A stretch of 56,147 nt of DNA, the filler included, from Catajapyx aquilonaris (taxonomy: Eukaryota): assembly GCA_000934665.2 (NCBI GenBank). It is 2 parts of 2 records of this genome, joined end to end, with 100 filler letters (N's around TTAATTAATTAA, not from the genome) between each part and the next. Parts side by side here need not be neighbours in the genome. Positions count along the whole stretch, not along the records: positions 1 to 27,988 come from JYFJ02004972.1; positions 28,089 to 56,147 come from JYFJ02004973.1. The stretch is one strand, 5' to 3'. Position numbers and translations under genes: made by a program. Below the pieces are notes generated by a model. It saw nothing but the letters and a program-made list of their open reading frames with translations. It did not search any database and was not told the DNA's origin. Below, one piece after another: positions 25,475 to 37,400 of the stretch; positions within the stretch are counted from its first letter, which is position 1; every line of letters starts with the position of its first letter.

Positions 25475-26053
25475 CAGGGTGGGCGAAAAGTCCCAAGACA
25501 CCTGGCTTTTTTTGCCTGCAAAACAAATCTGTGCATGGAAAATGTGTCGGGAGTGCTGGTGTGACATAGTCTGGACACTGACGGAACTGTTTGATGAGGG
25601 GAGACATCTGGGGACCCCCAACAACACCCACAGTAAGTTAACACTGTTAACAGTGCAAGATGGCGGATACGAGCGGGTTCACTGTGGAGGAGAGACTTGT
25701 GGCTACTGTGTGGGTCCACGGGAGGCCTCATACGGGAAAGAACATAACGCACATCATGCAGGATATCAGGGCTCTTTTTGGTAAGGTGCCACCGAGAAGA
25801 AGTAACTTGTTCAAGTGGGAGAAAAAAGCATTCAGCATGGGAAATGTGAAAGATGGGAAGCGTGAAAGGCACTTCCCTTGCTAAATGCTTTTTATGGGTG
25901 TTGTTGGGGGTCCTCAGATGTCTCCCCTCATCAAACAGTTCCGTCAGTGTCCAGAAGATGTTACACCAGCATTTCCGACACATTTTCCATGGACAGATTT
26001 GTTTTGCAGGCAAAAAAAAAAGCCAGGTGTCCTGGGACTTTTCGCCCACCCTG
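25475..26053 (+). mobile_element. Tc1/mariner-superfamily deletion derivative with ~155-bp TIRs
   Basis: TA|CAGGGTGGGCGAAAAGTCCCA...TGGGACTTTTCGCCCACCCTG|TA; internal 25660-25884 encodes a transposase N-terminal HTH fragment (FTVEERLVATVWVH...PPRRSNLFKWEKKAFSMGNVKD). Confidence 0.92.
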
Positions 26054-26364
26054 TACTGTACGGTACTGGGATTGTAAGTGCAACAAAACAATAACTGCCA
26101 AATGGTTTGTCATAGAAAATCACCACATGGCTCATTCGACTCCGCTCACTACAACATACATGAAAATTAGCCCGACAGGAACCACCTGAAACCATGAAAG
26201 TCCGACTTTGAGCGCCTCAAGCGGCCAAACGGCACAGTAGATTTCTTCCGCCTTCAGAACAATTGACCCTTAGGTCAAGGTCCATCAACTGACCAAGTTT
26301 CTGCCAAATCCAAGCGCAACTTTTACATAAGGATTTACCCTTGTCCTTTGAAAATAACAAAATA

Positions 26365-27194
26365 CAGTTGATTCCAGATATAACAGACTTCAAGGTACTG
26401 CAGAAAAAATTGTGTTATAACCGAGGTCTGTTATAGCCAAATTGCTACTTTTGCAACGAATACGCCAAGTTTTCTGCTTTCCATATGCCTGTACACTACT
26501 GCATTTATTAATCCACAACTATCCACAAAAATAGAAAATATCTCACCCATAAATGAGGCAGGACCAGCCCCTGGACACTTCTATCCCAGCCCAATAGAAA
26601 AGCCTATCCCATTAACCCTTCCCACATTGGCATGAGGAGTATCTCCACTGGAATACTAGTCACTGCACATGGCGACTGGTGGCAATCCAGACAGACAATC
26701 TTGCATTTAGAGCATTATTCTCAGGCAATGCTCTAAATGCAGGATTGTCCGTCTGGATCGCCATCAGTCGCCATGTGCAGTGACTAGTATTCCAGTGGAG
26801 CACCATCGTGGGAAGGCATGACAGCATGCAAGATGGCTCTGAGTGTCCCGACCTATTATTCTAAGACCGTGGGGAGGACCAAAAAATATGATTCGTAATT
26901 TTCTGCCGTCTCCTCATTGCCAAATATACCAGAAAAAGTATCATTTTGAGTTACTTAAATCAATGACAGATATGAAAATCACCCCCCTTCAGTATTCTCT
27001 GCCTTCCTGCGCGTGGGAAAGGAAGTTGAATAATCAAAAACATCATGTTTTCCCGCCAAGAGGCCAAAAAATGATCTGTTTTATCAGGAGTAAAAATACA
27101 CGGAGCCTTATGGAAGTTTGCCAAGACCGGCCTTTCGAGTCTGTTATAACCGAAAGTCCTTTATAACCGAGGCTGTTATATCTGGAGTCAATTG
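26365..27194. mobile_element. Tigger/pogo-type MITE
   Basis: TA|CAGTTGATTCCAGATATAACAG...CTGTTATATCTGGAGTCAATTG|TA (20/22), subterminal GTTATAACCGA repeats. Confidence 0.85.
26643..26800. repeat. 158-nt near-perfect hairpin nested in Tigger-type MITE
   Basis: CTCCACTGGAATACTAGTCACTGCACATGGCGACTG...CAGTCGCCATGTGCAGTGACTAGTATTCCAGTGGAG; ~74-bp arms with few mismatches and a ~10-nt loop. Confidence 0.9.
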
Positions 27195-27988
27195 TACTCT
27201 AAATTAAACATAAACACATCACTGCAACATTTGTGAGACCAAATGCTACAGTATAAGTGCTCCTTTGGTTTTTTGTGGTGCATTGGGGTTGTGGGTGTAT
27301 ACAGTAAACATTACTTCATTGTTGGCTCAAGAGTCAGCTATTCTGGAGTATGATAGAATGAGATCTGTTTACCGACCAGACTTATCCATACTCAAAAGGG
27401 CTAATAAGGCATCGACAGAAGTGGTTAAGGATCGCGAATGGGCTATGCGATCAAGTGTAGCAGATGTCCAATTCGCACAACCAGAACAGAAAAAAGGAAG
27501 CGTAATATGAGAAAGCAGAAGAAAATCATACCTATTCAGGGGAAATGATAGAGTTTTACATACTTTCGTATATAACCTACACATTTTGCTCTAAGTTATT
27601 CATTACCTTATTTGGAATATTTAACGGACCATTGCTTCCACGCCCAACGGTAGGTGGCTCCCCGAGCTTTCTTATAATTATCCCACACTCCTGCCTACAA
27701 AAAGAGGTGAGATCCCACCAAAAACCTTTCTGTAAAAAAACGCCAAGTTCTCCTGATTGCTTGGCCGTCAAAAGTGGTGAGATCTGAAATACGGCCAAGT
27801 TCAACGTCGTTGTCAATTACTGGCATTCTCAACTTCTTCAACCTCGACCACTGACTTTGTTTTTCCAGGTCGACCTTAAGTTTAATCATCAAAAGATTTT
27901 AATGGAATTTCTCTTGCTGTAACTTGGCCATTGCTCTTAAAACATTGAAACAGTTGTAGAATTCAACAATACCTCGGACATGAGCAAT

Positions 27989-28088
27989 NNNNNNNNNNNN
28001 NNNNNNNNNNNNNNNNNNNNNNNNNNNNNNNNTTAATTAATTAANNNNNNNNNNNNNNNNNNNNNNNNNNNNNNNNNNNNNNNNNNNN
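27989..28088. other. Artificial contig-joining linker
   Basis: Exactly 44 N + TTAATTAATTAA (stop in all six frames) + 44 N = 100 bp. Confidence 0.95.
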
Positions 28089-28182
28089 GCGTTTCCGGAC
28101 ACGGGTTCCTATGTCAAAAATACTTGTATTGGTCCCCTCTATTACCCCTGAAAGTCTTTGCAGAGTTACAATAAACACCCTG
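28089..28182. mobile_element. Truncated end of a Tc1/mariner MITE
   Basis: Ends in AAACACCCTG|TA like the other CAGGGTG elements here; the other end is lost at the gap. Confidence 0.5.
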
Positions 28183-28766
28183 TATTCTACTGTAGAATGT
28201 GTAATATGCATCGTACGAACTTCATATTCTGGTGCATGTTGACTGTGGTATCCCCCTATGAAACAAAAAAATATCATAATAAAAATTCTTTAAATTTGCC
28301 GGAAATTCAGTTTTTATTTGTTTTCTCTATGGTGACAAAAGTGGGCTTATTGGTTTTGCACCAAACCCTTCAATTTTTTTTTTTTTTTCCACTTGATATG
28401 GCCACAGAAGGCACTAAGCAAGTGTGATCTAATTTTGCATTTTTATGGATAGGTTTATTAATTAGTATGCAATAGTGCGCATTATAGGCATACAGCAAGC
28501 AGAAAACTTCATGTGTTCATTGCAAAAGTGGCGATTGGGCTGTAAGGCACCTTGGTTATTATAGTATAGCTTACTGATTATTAGTCTGTTATATCCTGAA
28601 TCTACTGCATTATATTATTATGATGTATAGTCAAAATTAGAAACAATAATAAAAATTGGTAATTATTTCATGCCACCGCCCAACTCATGCACTCCATGCA
28701 CATGAGCATGCAGATTTCATGTTATCAAGTGAAAGGCCAAGGAAGGGACAGGCTGGAAGGTCTTTA

Positions 28767-30068
28767 TTAATTTAAATATATGTTGTGATCAAGGAGAGAC
28801 AGCCAGATGAACAAGAGGAGGAAGCAGCCGATGATGGAGGGTGTGGCCTTGGCATATGTACTAATGGAGCGGTCATCTTTCTTAAATGCTTTGTTGCACA
28901 ATTCCTTTCTGCAAGTGCAGAGCGCTTCGTTTCCATCTATACCGCAGTCCTTAAACTCATGATAATATTCCGACGTTGCTTGCAGGCAGCCGTATGCGGT
29001 GCCATCTTGGGAGAAAGAAATGGCTCTGTGAATGGGTATTCCTACAACAATGGTCTAGAGCAGTTGTTCCCAACCTGTGGGTCTCAAAGGGTTTTCTGGG
29101 GGGTCACCGGTTACTTGGCTATTATGAAAGGGGGTCGCAACTTGAAAAAGGTTGGGAACCACTGGTCTAGAATGATCAACGACAATTTAAAAAATGGCCC
29201 CAGACATGCACATTATTCAGGCCAGGACTCCCTGCGCATGACTGTGATGGGACAGGACAGCAGGGCACAGCCATGAATCCCTTTATAGCAGGGGTTCTTA
29301 ACCTTTTCGGGCCTCTGCGCCCCTTTGAAGACAGTTGGTCCTTGTCGCACCCCAGGTTAAGAACCGCTGCTTTATAGCTTGCCTACATAACCCTGTAGTT
29401 GTCACTGCTTACTCTCGTCTATACGCCTGAAGCAATAGTAGGCACAGCTATCTGATGATGGGTTCGCACTGCATGCCTCATCCCGTGTGATGCCTTTTTT
29501 GCTCTTTTCACATTTCATCGCTAATCCATCTTCGGCATTGCATTGCACGCCTGCAGTGCAGTTGTTAAGATAGCACGTCGGACAAGTGGCTGTCGACAAG
29601 AACCATCATTTAGTCACAACAAAAGCATTGGATTCTGGACTTGCATATGGCTCACCTGGGGGCACAACCATCACAAGGAAGAAGAGGAGACTGACTCCAC
29701 CAGCCCAACCTGCAGCAGGCCTGTGGGTGAAAGCCATCCCGGCCACGACTCATGTGTTCATACTATTGGAATAATTTATCTGAGGAATGACCTTCCCATC
29801 CTTCCTGTCCAGAATCCCTAAACAAACTGACCCGAACACCAGAATCGCAAGAATCCACATTGTTGCTGTCCCTTATTCCGCTGCCACAGCAACACTACCC
29901 GGCATTCTCCAATAAAGCAAAACGTCTCATGTCACCATCTAGGTGTACCACTGAACCAAAATTGTTTGTAAATTGTTCAGTTATGCCAATTATTCCAAAA
30001 GCATCAGGATATCAAAAGCACAATGGCAACTTACTCCCAGCAGGATATATGGTGCTGGTGCTTCCCAT
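28767..30068 (-). CDS. Ly6/uPAR three-finger (quiver/sleepless-like) GPI-anchored protein, ~167 aa
   Basis: Exons 30068-30035, 29709-29656, 29589-29413, 29005-28767, all phase-1 GT-AG joins. Hydrophobic signal segment (GVSLLFFLVMVVPPATC), Cys-rich body ending CTCRKELCN, hydrophobic C-terminus (IIGCFLLLFIWLSLL), AATAAA overlapping the stop. First exon is the least certain. Confidence 0.85.
29061..29164. mobile_element. hAT (Charlie-like) MITE
   Basis: CAGTTGTTCCCAACCT / AGGTTGGGAACCACTG; TSD GTCTAGAG / GTCTAGAA matching the NTCTAGAN preference. Confidence 0.88.
29289..29369. mobile_element. hAT (Charlie-like) MITE, 81 bp
   Basis: CAGGGGTTCTTAACCT / AGGTTAAGAACCGCTG; exact 8-bp TSD CTTTATAG. 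Confidence 0.9.
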
Positions 30069-30402
30069 TCTTGCGATTTTCCAGTGAGTCGTTGCTTCGC
30101 ACAAGGACGACAGTTGGCCATTCCCCCTTTGGCGATGCTGCTGGCACATTTTTCGCACATTTTTCGAACACATTTTCGCAACTTTCGAATTATTCATCTG
30201 GTCACAACTGGAGAGAAACCATTTCATATTTCCACTGAAGAGAAACCATTTTAGATTGTAGACGATATGGTTTCTCTCCATTCCGGCGGGAAAAATAGTT
30301 CTAAAAGTTGTTGACCTCCCCTTTTTTCCCCCCTTCCTGTGCTCTGTTGAACTGTTCTGCTGCAAGACTTGCTCCTTTCAACTAGTAGAACACGTCGGTT
30401 GG

Positions 30403-31368
30403 ATGCTGAACATGGCTGGTGCCCCGAAGCAAGACTTCATGATGGACTGGCTGGAGAGGGATCGGGTCCAGCGGATGTGGAAGGAGGCTGAGGATGACAG
30501 AAGTACTGTACAATGGGAAATGCTCTTTTATAAAGATAAAATCAATTACTCTCTATGTACAGTGAAGGAGCAGCTTAGAGAGAGGTGTGAGGAGTATAAC
30601 AAGATGGATCACCAGATAATCGCATTGGATGAAGGAGCAAGTCTGGCAGAGTCCCGATGCAAGATGTATGAGAAGGAAAACTTGGTACGGCGGTGTCGCA
30701 CTCAGGATGCTTTTTGCCTTGGTATGTCACCGCCGCATCCATTTTTTATGTATAAAAATTCAGGAACTGGTGGCTAGTCTTGAAGAAGCCCGACTGAAGG
30801 AAGAGCTGCTGCAGGTCGAGGTTAATGCGGAGCAACGGAGGCTGCAGCGGGCTAGGTCGAAGATACAAGCTTATCGGCAGAAATGTCACAATGCTTTCAA
30901 GCAGACTGATCTACATAAGGAGCTTGTGCTGACCGAGGAATTGCTTGCTTCCATGCAGAAGGAAGGCGAGTGCCCTGAATGCACCTGGATGGTGTACCAC
31001 TCCTCCGCTGGTTGATAACACTTGTTTCCTACAGCTGAAGAACAGTCCACTAAAGTCCAACCGGTTGCCACCATGGAACAGATTCAGCAGGAGCAGAGTG
31101 CGGTCATGAGGCAGGTTTCAAAGTCATACCAAGCTGAAAAGCAGTATGATGAGGAAGCTGAAAAGATTCAACGAGACAATACTATTCTGCAGGTACTTAA
31201 TACTTACCAGCCCTAATAAGACCTGAACACATGACGCTACATGTAGCACATCAATATCGTATGTTCATGAATGGTGAATATGATAACCAGACCGCTCATT
31301 TTCTATTGCAGAAAAGAAACGCAGCTCTCCTACTGCGTCTGAAGAAGAAAGTGGATTCCCTTCGTTAA
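30403..31368 (+). CDS. Coiled-coil protein, CCDC122-like
   Basis: Exons 30403-30502, 30563-30684, 30764-30965 (GC donor), 31035-31192, 31312-31368. E/K/Q/L-rich heptads; C-terminus ILQKRNAALLLRLKKKV recalls CCDC122 (recognition from memory, not searched). Start ATG uncertain. Confidence 0.7.
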
Positions 31369-31480
31369 GATTTTAATATTTTATTCACACTTCTGTATAA
31401 AAGTACAAATGGAAAAACTTTTCTCTCTTTCTTTTAAAAACAATATAAAAAAAACAATGACAGTCTAATAAGGCCAAAGG

Positions 31481-34400
31481 TTACGCTTGCTTCTTTGCTT
31501 TTTTGGTTGCACTATTCAGAATCGGTGATGTCGTTAAATGGTGTATCGCCAAGGTTGAAGGAGGGGTGAAGGTGCGGTTTATCTTAAACTTCCTCTTGCT
31601 AGGTGTCGCTTGGTCCCTAGGACCAGCCTCGACGCAACTAGTGTGGGCCGACTCTGGCAGTGCTGGTGACACGCTTTCCCAACTTTTTCCGCTCCACTTC
31701 CTCTTTCTCCCTTTCGATGGCGCTGCGTTTTGGCCGCTGTTGTCATTCCCAGCGGCTCCTTGCTTCAGAGGAGATGGGGAAACTAACTTGTTGTATAAGT
31801 CTAGCGAGAGGCCTGTTTCCTTAGAGATGCGGCGAGTAAAACGCATTTGGTGCTTCACTGGAGCGGTGCCACTGACAAGAGGCGTTGATGTGGTCGGCTC
31901 AGACACGAAAATATTGGAAGATGGACTGGGTTGGGGCGATTCTGTTCGCTTCAGTGAAATTACTAAAGGCGCAACATTGGTAACGACTTCCCAATGGGAG
32001 GCATCGCCGGAAGATGAGGTGTTAAAGGCAGATGACGTGGATGCTGAGGAAGCTTCGGTGCTTGATCTGGTGATGTCCTGTTTCAGTGATGATGTGTCGT
32101 CCCATGTTGATGACTCTACTTGACACTGGGCCGTATCTGCTAATGCTTGTGATGCTGCGTTGTTACAATTCAATGACGAATCATCGCTGATTGATATCTC
32201 CGTATCTCGTGACACATATTCACAATCTGTTTCTGTCACTCGGGATGGCGACACAGGCGTGTCTGGACTCAGCTGCTCATCCTGATCTGTTACAATCGAT
32301 TCGACAGAATGTCCGCTAGTGCTTGCAGTTGGCACTGTGTTATCCAGTATGCCACAAACAGAGTTACCTATCATCAGCTGACCTTCTTGCTGGAACAGAC
32401 TCACCCTAACGGGAGTACTTTTCTGTGGGGACACCAAACTCACTTCATGTGCGAGTCTCTCAGGGCTCACCCTGGTCACTCTTGGTGACGCTTTCAATAT
32501 GCCTCGTGGAGATGACATCCTGAAAGAAGGCGAAGGATGATCCAAGTTGAACTGGACCCGCTTCACTGGTGTTGATAGGTCAGGACCAAATCCTTTGACA
32601 GCACTTCCTGGTTTACCAGCTGACTTAGACGGTGTGAGGATGGATTTTGATGGCGTGGCGGCAGACTTTGATGGCGTAAGAATTGACTTGGTCGGAGTGG
32701 GAAATGTGTTGTTGCTTGACTGGGACATTTGAGATAGAACTTGCGAGAAAAAGAACCGGATGTTACTGGATTGTGATTCCGGCTGTGTTGCTGTTGCCTC
32801 AGCAGTCTTGAGGCTTGCGGATCTCTCCAAACTGCGGTGCTTTGGCACATTTGCAGTTGGTGGATAGAAGGATTGGTGACGCCTCAGCACACGCCCAGGA
32901 CTGGCTTCTTCCTTCTTCTTCATCCTGCCTGGGCTCTTCTTAGGTGTCACCTGGGCCATCCCCAGTTTCCTGGGTGACTTCCGCGGCGACCTGGACACCC
33001 TCGACGTGGATCCCATCGAGTTATCAGCATCAAACAGGTTGCGTCTTACACGACGTGCTACAGGCACACCTGGAATACAAAAAGTCATGTTACCAGGAGA
33101 CGCAACTTCAGTAGAAACTGGGCCGATGCAATTTGAGCATCGTGCGTAACTGACCTCCATCCTTGGCCACTCTTGCGTGACTTTTGGCCTCCTCCTTCAC
33201 CACCTTCCTAACTGGCACTGCAATTTGCCTTTTCAGTTGGTTCTCCATGAAGCTGGACGACCTTCCTCCAAATTTGCTGCTCCTCAGCTCCCTTCCTCCA
33301 GCACCTCCCACCCTGTTGCTTCCCAAACTGGACAACTGGCTCTTGACCGAATGAAGTGACTGGACACTGCTGGGATTGCTGTCACTCAGCTTGCTCGGCG
33401 ACACTACTTCCAGGAGTGCTGAAGGTAACGGGCAGTTCATTTCCTCGTACAGTTCAACCAGCAGATCCTGCTGTGTGTACATGTAGCTGGAAAGGTTGTA
33501 AAATGCAACATACATTTCGCGTGAAAATTATGAGTAATTCAAATGCCATTTTCTGGTGTGAATGTTACTCACTTGTCCACAAGGTCATCCTGCATGAAGG
33601 TGCAAGTGCTCTCCGGATCCATGTGCACAGAGATCATGCGAAGGTAATCCAAAATTCCTCTCTTGAGGATATCATCCATATCCTCATCTGGAAGAACCCA
33701 GGACACCTCCATCCGAAACAGGATTTGAAGCTTGTAGTGGCGAACGCGAGTCTCCAAGGGTTTGCCGCGGTACTTGGATGACAACTCTTGAGGACTTAGG
33801 ATAAGAGCCTCATGCAGCATCGCTCGTGCACATGTCTAAAATGGACGTTAAAAAACTAAGATAACTAGGACACTGAACTAATACATGCATCCCAAATAAT
33901 GACAGCAGAAAATTAACATTGTTACTGATCAAATGCATGCAAACAATGTGGCTTCCACAATTGTAAAAATCTGCAGCTGTGTCAATGTTTGTGTGACCTT
34001 TGACTGACCTCAAAAGGAGTTGCCTTGACCTCTTGCAAATGTTTCATCACCAGATTGACTACGGTTTGTGCGCAGGTAACCAGATTCACATCCTTCTTCT
34101 CGGCTGCCTCTTCGCACACTTCTTGTACCACAGAATTGATGTGGTCTCTGTTCGACGTGTCTCCTACTCTACGCAAGACCTCCTCTCTCATCCGATCAGC
34201 CAGCTTCCGTTTCTCTCGAGATTTCCTCTCCTTCGATTCCACTTTGGCCAGATTTTCTTGCTCCTTCATCACAAGCTGGGCTTCCTTGTTCTGGAGGGAC
34301 ACTTCTCGGCTCTTGTTCAGAATCTTGTCGGCTCGGGATGATCGCTTTGTGGTCAGGCTGGTGTCACGTTGATGGCCGGATGATTGGCTGCTGCTGTCCG

Positions 34401-37400
34401 AGGTGTGACGCTGCCAGACATGCAGTGGGAGGGATGAAGCATGAGACTCCTCAGGGGATGCCAGTTCACGTTTATACATGTTTCGAAGCATTTTGTACAA
34501 TGGGTCGGCGGCTATCTTGTCGTCCCTGTTGGGAGAAATGGAAGGTTAGGAAGTTCATTTTCTTTAGATTTCCTCACAATACTTACATGAGCTTCTTCAG
34601 TTGTGAAGCGAGTTCACTGTTGCACCTCCTCGGAGTATACCAATTCTCCAACATGTATGGCTTGAACTGCATGTGAGGGGGTACTGGAGCTCTCGGACGC
34701 ATCGGTACTTTCTTGCCACCCTGTTTCTTCAGTATTGCCTTAATCCGTTCGGTTAGAGTCGAGTCTGGCGAAATCTTCACGACGGCTCCAGAGGGACCAA
34801 GTGGACACACCACCCCAACTCTATCATCAATTTGAACCAACAAGGACTGATTCCGCAAGTACAGCTGCTTTGCTAATGCTTGTGCATAGGGATAACCAAC
34901 AAGCCATGCTTGAGACCAAGTTGCCACCATTGTGTTGAGGCAACCTGTGATACCCAGTATGTTCTCATTTTTGGCAAGACAATTCTCCACGTATTTTGCA
35001 ATGTGTTCGTTCGGATCAGGTCCAAATTTCATGTTCAGCACAGTGCTGAATGGAAGACAATACTCTTCTTCGGCATGTATGGGTATGATTGATCCACCCA
35101 CAATTTGCAGGGCTTCATGGAAGGGGTACAGGTATGGCGATATGGGCTCGGACACATCAATAAGGCCAAGCTTGATACGTCTGGTTGTCAACAGCTCTTT
35201 ACGCAGAATGTCAGGTACAATTGCTTGCGCAACATCCTTCGCCGTCGAGCCACCGGAAGTGAAGGCTTGCACTTTATTCTCAGTCTTGGGCACCGGCTGC
35301 ATGATGTAAATGATCTTCTCCGACACATCATCCTCATCCCTGTTTCCCCTGGACATCCCCGGACTGGCCTTGACCGGCGAGAAGATCATAACCTGCTGCC
35401 AATTGAAGCAAGCACACGTCTCCTTCAAGACCCTGGCCAGGTTGGCCGCCGCCCCTCCATCGCCCGGTGCCACCCACGAGTAGGCCTCCACCTTCGCCTT
35501 GAGCGAATCCAGCTCCTTCTGACTGAAATTCCTGAATCCGCCAGAGTCGGTAGGGAGCTCCACCTCTCCTTGTGAATCATACAGCAGGTACCCCCATCTG
35601 AAACGAGCCACAATTTAATCTCAAACTAGCACTGGAGCCCCCAAGAGAAGCGAAGCCTATTCCCATCCTTTGTTGCCATGGTTTGTTGTCATGCTAATCT
35701 GTTGCCATGCTAGTTAACCCGTTGCCAGGATTTGTGGCAATGCTAACCTGTTGCCATGGTTTGTTGTAATCAAAGGTGGGCAATAACGCCGCTAATCCGC
35801 TAACCACTAATAGCTGAACCAACTTTTTGCTAGCTGATTAGCTAACTTTTCTGGCCACTAGCGACCCAATTAGCTTTCGCTAAGTTTAGTGCCGCTAAAT
35901 TTAATTCCGCTAACAAAACGCATTCGTGTTCCTGTCTCACTGTCTGTTATTTTTTGAGTTGCATTGTTTGGCCCACTTCCCACTTCCACTCAGGGATTAA
36001 ATTAGACTGTGATATATTACACTAACATTTTTAAAAGTATTTAAAAGTATCGCCGTCTATTCCCGCCAGAAAGTGGGCTGGGTACCTGTCTATAAAACTT
36101 ACTAAAACAATACTTTTAAAAGTTTTGGTGTAGCTAATAGAGAACTGTTTAATTTAATCATGCACATTTCTGGCTTGCCGTCGATACATTCCTGAAGTAA
36201 TTCTGATGAGAAATGTTCGAGATAACAGAGGTGTGCAATTAACTTAATAATATTATGATTACACAAATGGCGATTTCGAAGGTTCAAATATAATTATCAT
36301 TAGATAGACAAAGAGTTGCCCTATCCAGGGTTTCCCAATGGGAATTTTTTGGCCTCCTAGAAGTGTCACGAAAAATTCATTTTGCTGCGTAATGTCGGCA
36401 ACTAGTCAAAAAATGACACCTTTCCGTGTTCTTCTTGCGATAAAAAATTACAAAATGAAGATCGGTAAACAACTCGCATATACTGTACGCATATTATGAG
36501 GGATGTTCGGAAGTGATTTACACTCTTTCTTTTTCCCACTGCAGAAGTCGTCCTGGAAGTTCCCAGATTCACCACTAGATGGAACGAGTCTTCCTGAGTG
36601 TGCCACAAAAATTTGGACGCCATTAGTGTCAGTTGCATAGTCACAGTGCCCATCAAAAGTAGTGCCCGTAGCTCTCGTCATGGACAACGTTGCAAGAGAC
36701 TACCACGGGCAGCAGTGGACCACATGGGTTTTGTGGACGGAAGGAGTGGCTTAACAGATATTCATCCTACTGGTGGACTGGCTGGAGAAGGGCAATACGA
36801 TCAACAGCGAAAGGTACGGTGTCACTCTTCGTCGTCTGCGTGGAAGGATCCAGCAATCCCGCAAAGGGAAGTGGGCGCGGAAGGTCTTGCTCCTCCATGA
36901 TGACGCCCGGCCCCACACCAGCCATGCAACGACATCTATGCTGGAACAGCTGGGATACACAACCTTGAACCACCCAGCATATTCCCCGCACCTGGCCCCG
37001 TCGGATGAGAGTTAACATGAAGGAGCAAGACCTTCCGCGCCCACTTCCCTTTGTGGCATTGCTGGATCCTTCGATGCAGACGACGAAGGGTGACCCCGTA
37101 CCTTTTGCTGTTGATCGTATTGCCCTTCTCCAGCCAGTCCACCAGTAGGATGAATATCAGTTGTGCCACTCCTTCCGTCCACAAAAACCATGTGATCCAC
37201 CCTGTCCGTGGTAGTCTCCTGCAACGTTGTCCATGACGAGAGCTACGAGCACTACTTTCAGTGGGCACCGTGACAATGCAACTGACACTAATGGCGTCCA
37301 ATTTTTTGTGACACACTCAGGAAGACTCGTTCCATCTAGTGATGAATAATGGAACATGTAGGACCACTTCTTCAGCGGGAAAACGAAAGAGTGTAAATCA

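Larger units (their letters stand above)
24912..26350. mobile_element. Long-TIR foldback element (family unassigned) with nested insertions
   Basis: Arms ~24912-25180 and ~26095-26350 are reverse complements with scattered mismatches (e.g. GACCTTGACCTAAGGGTCAATTGTTCTGAAGGCGGAAGAAAT). Exact ends and TSD unresolved. Confidence 0.85.

Noticed and set aside
28785..29276. 163-aa plus-strand ORF
   Set aside because: Antisense to the Ly6 last exon and runs through a hAT MITE.
36773..37015. Active mariner transposase
   Set aside because: Fragment lacking the DNA-binding domain and first catalytic Asp, truncated after YSPHLAPSD.
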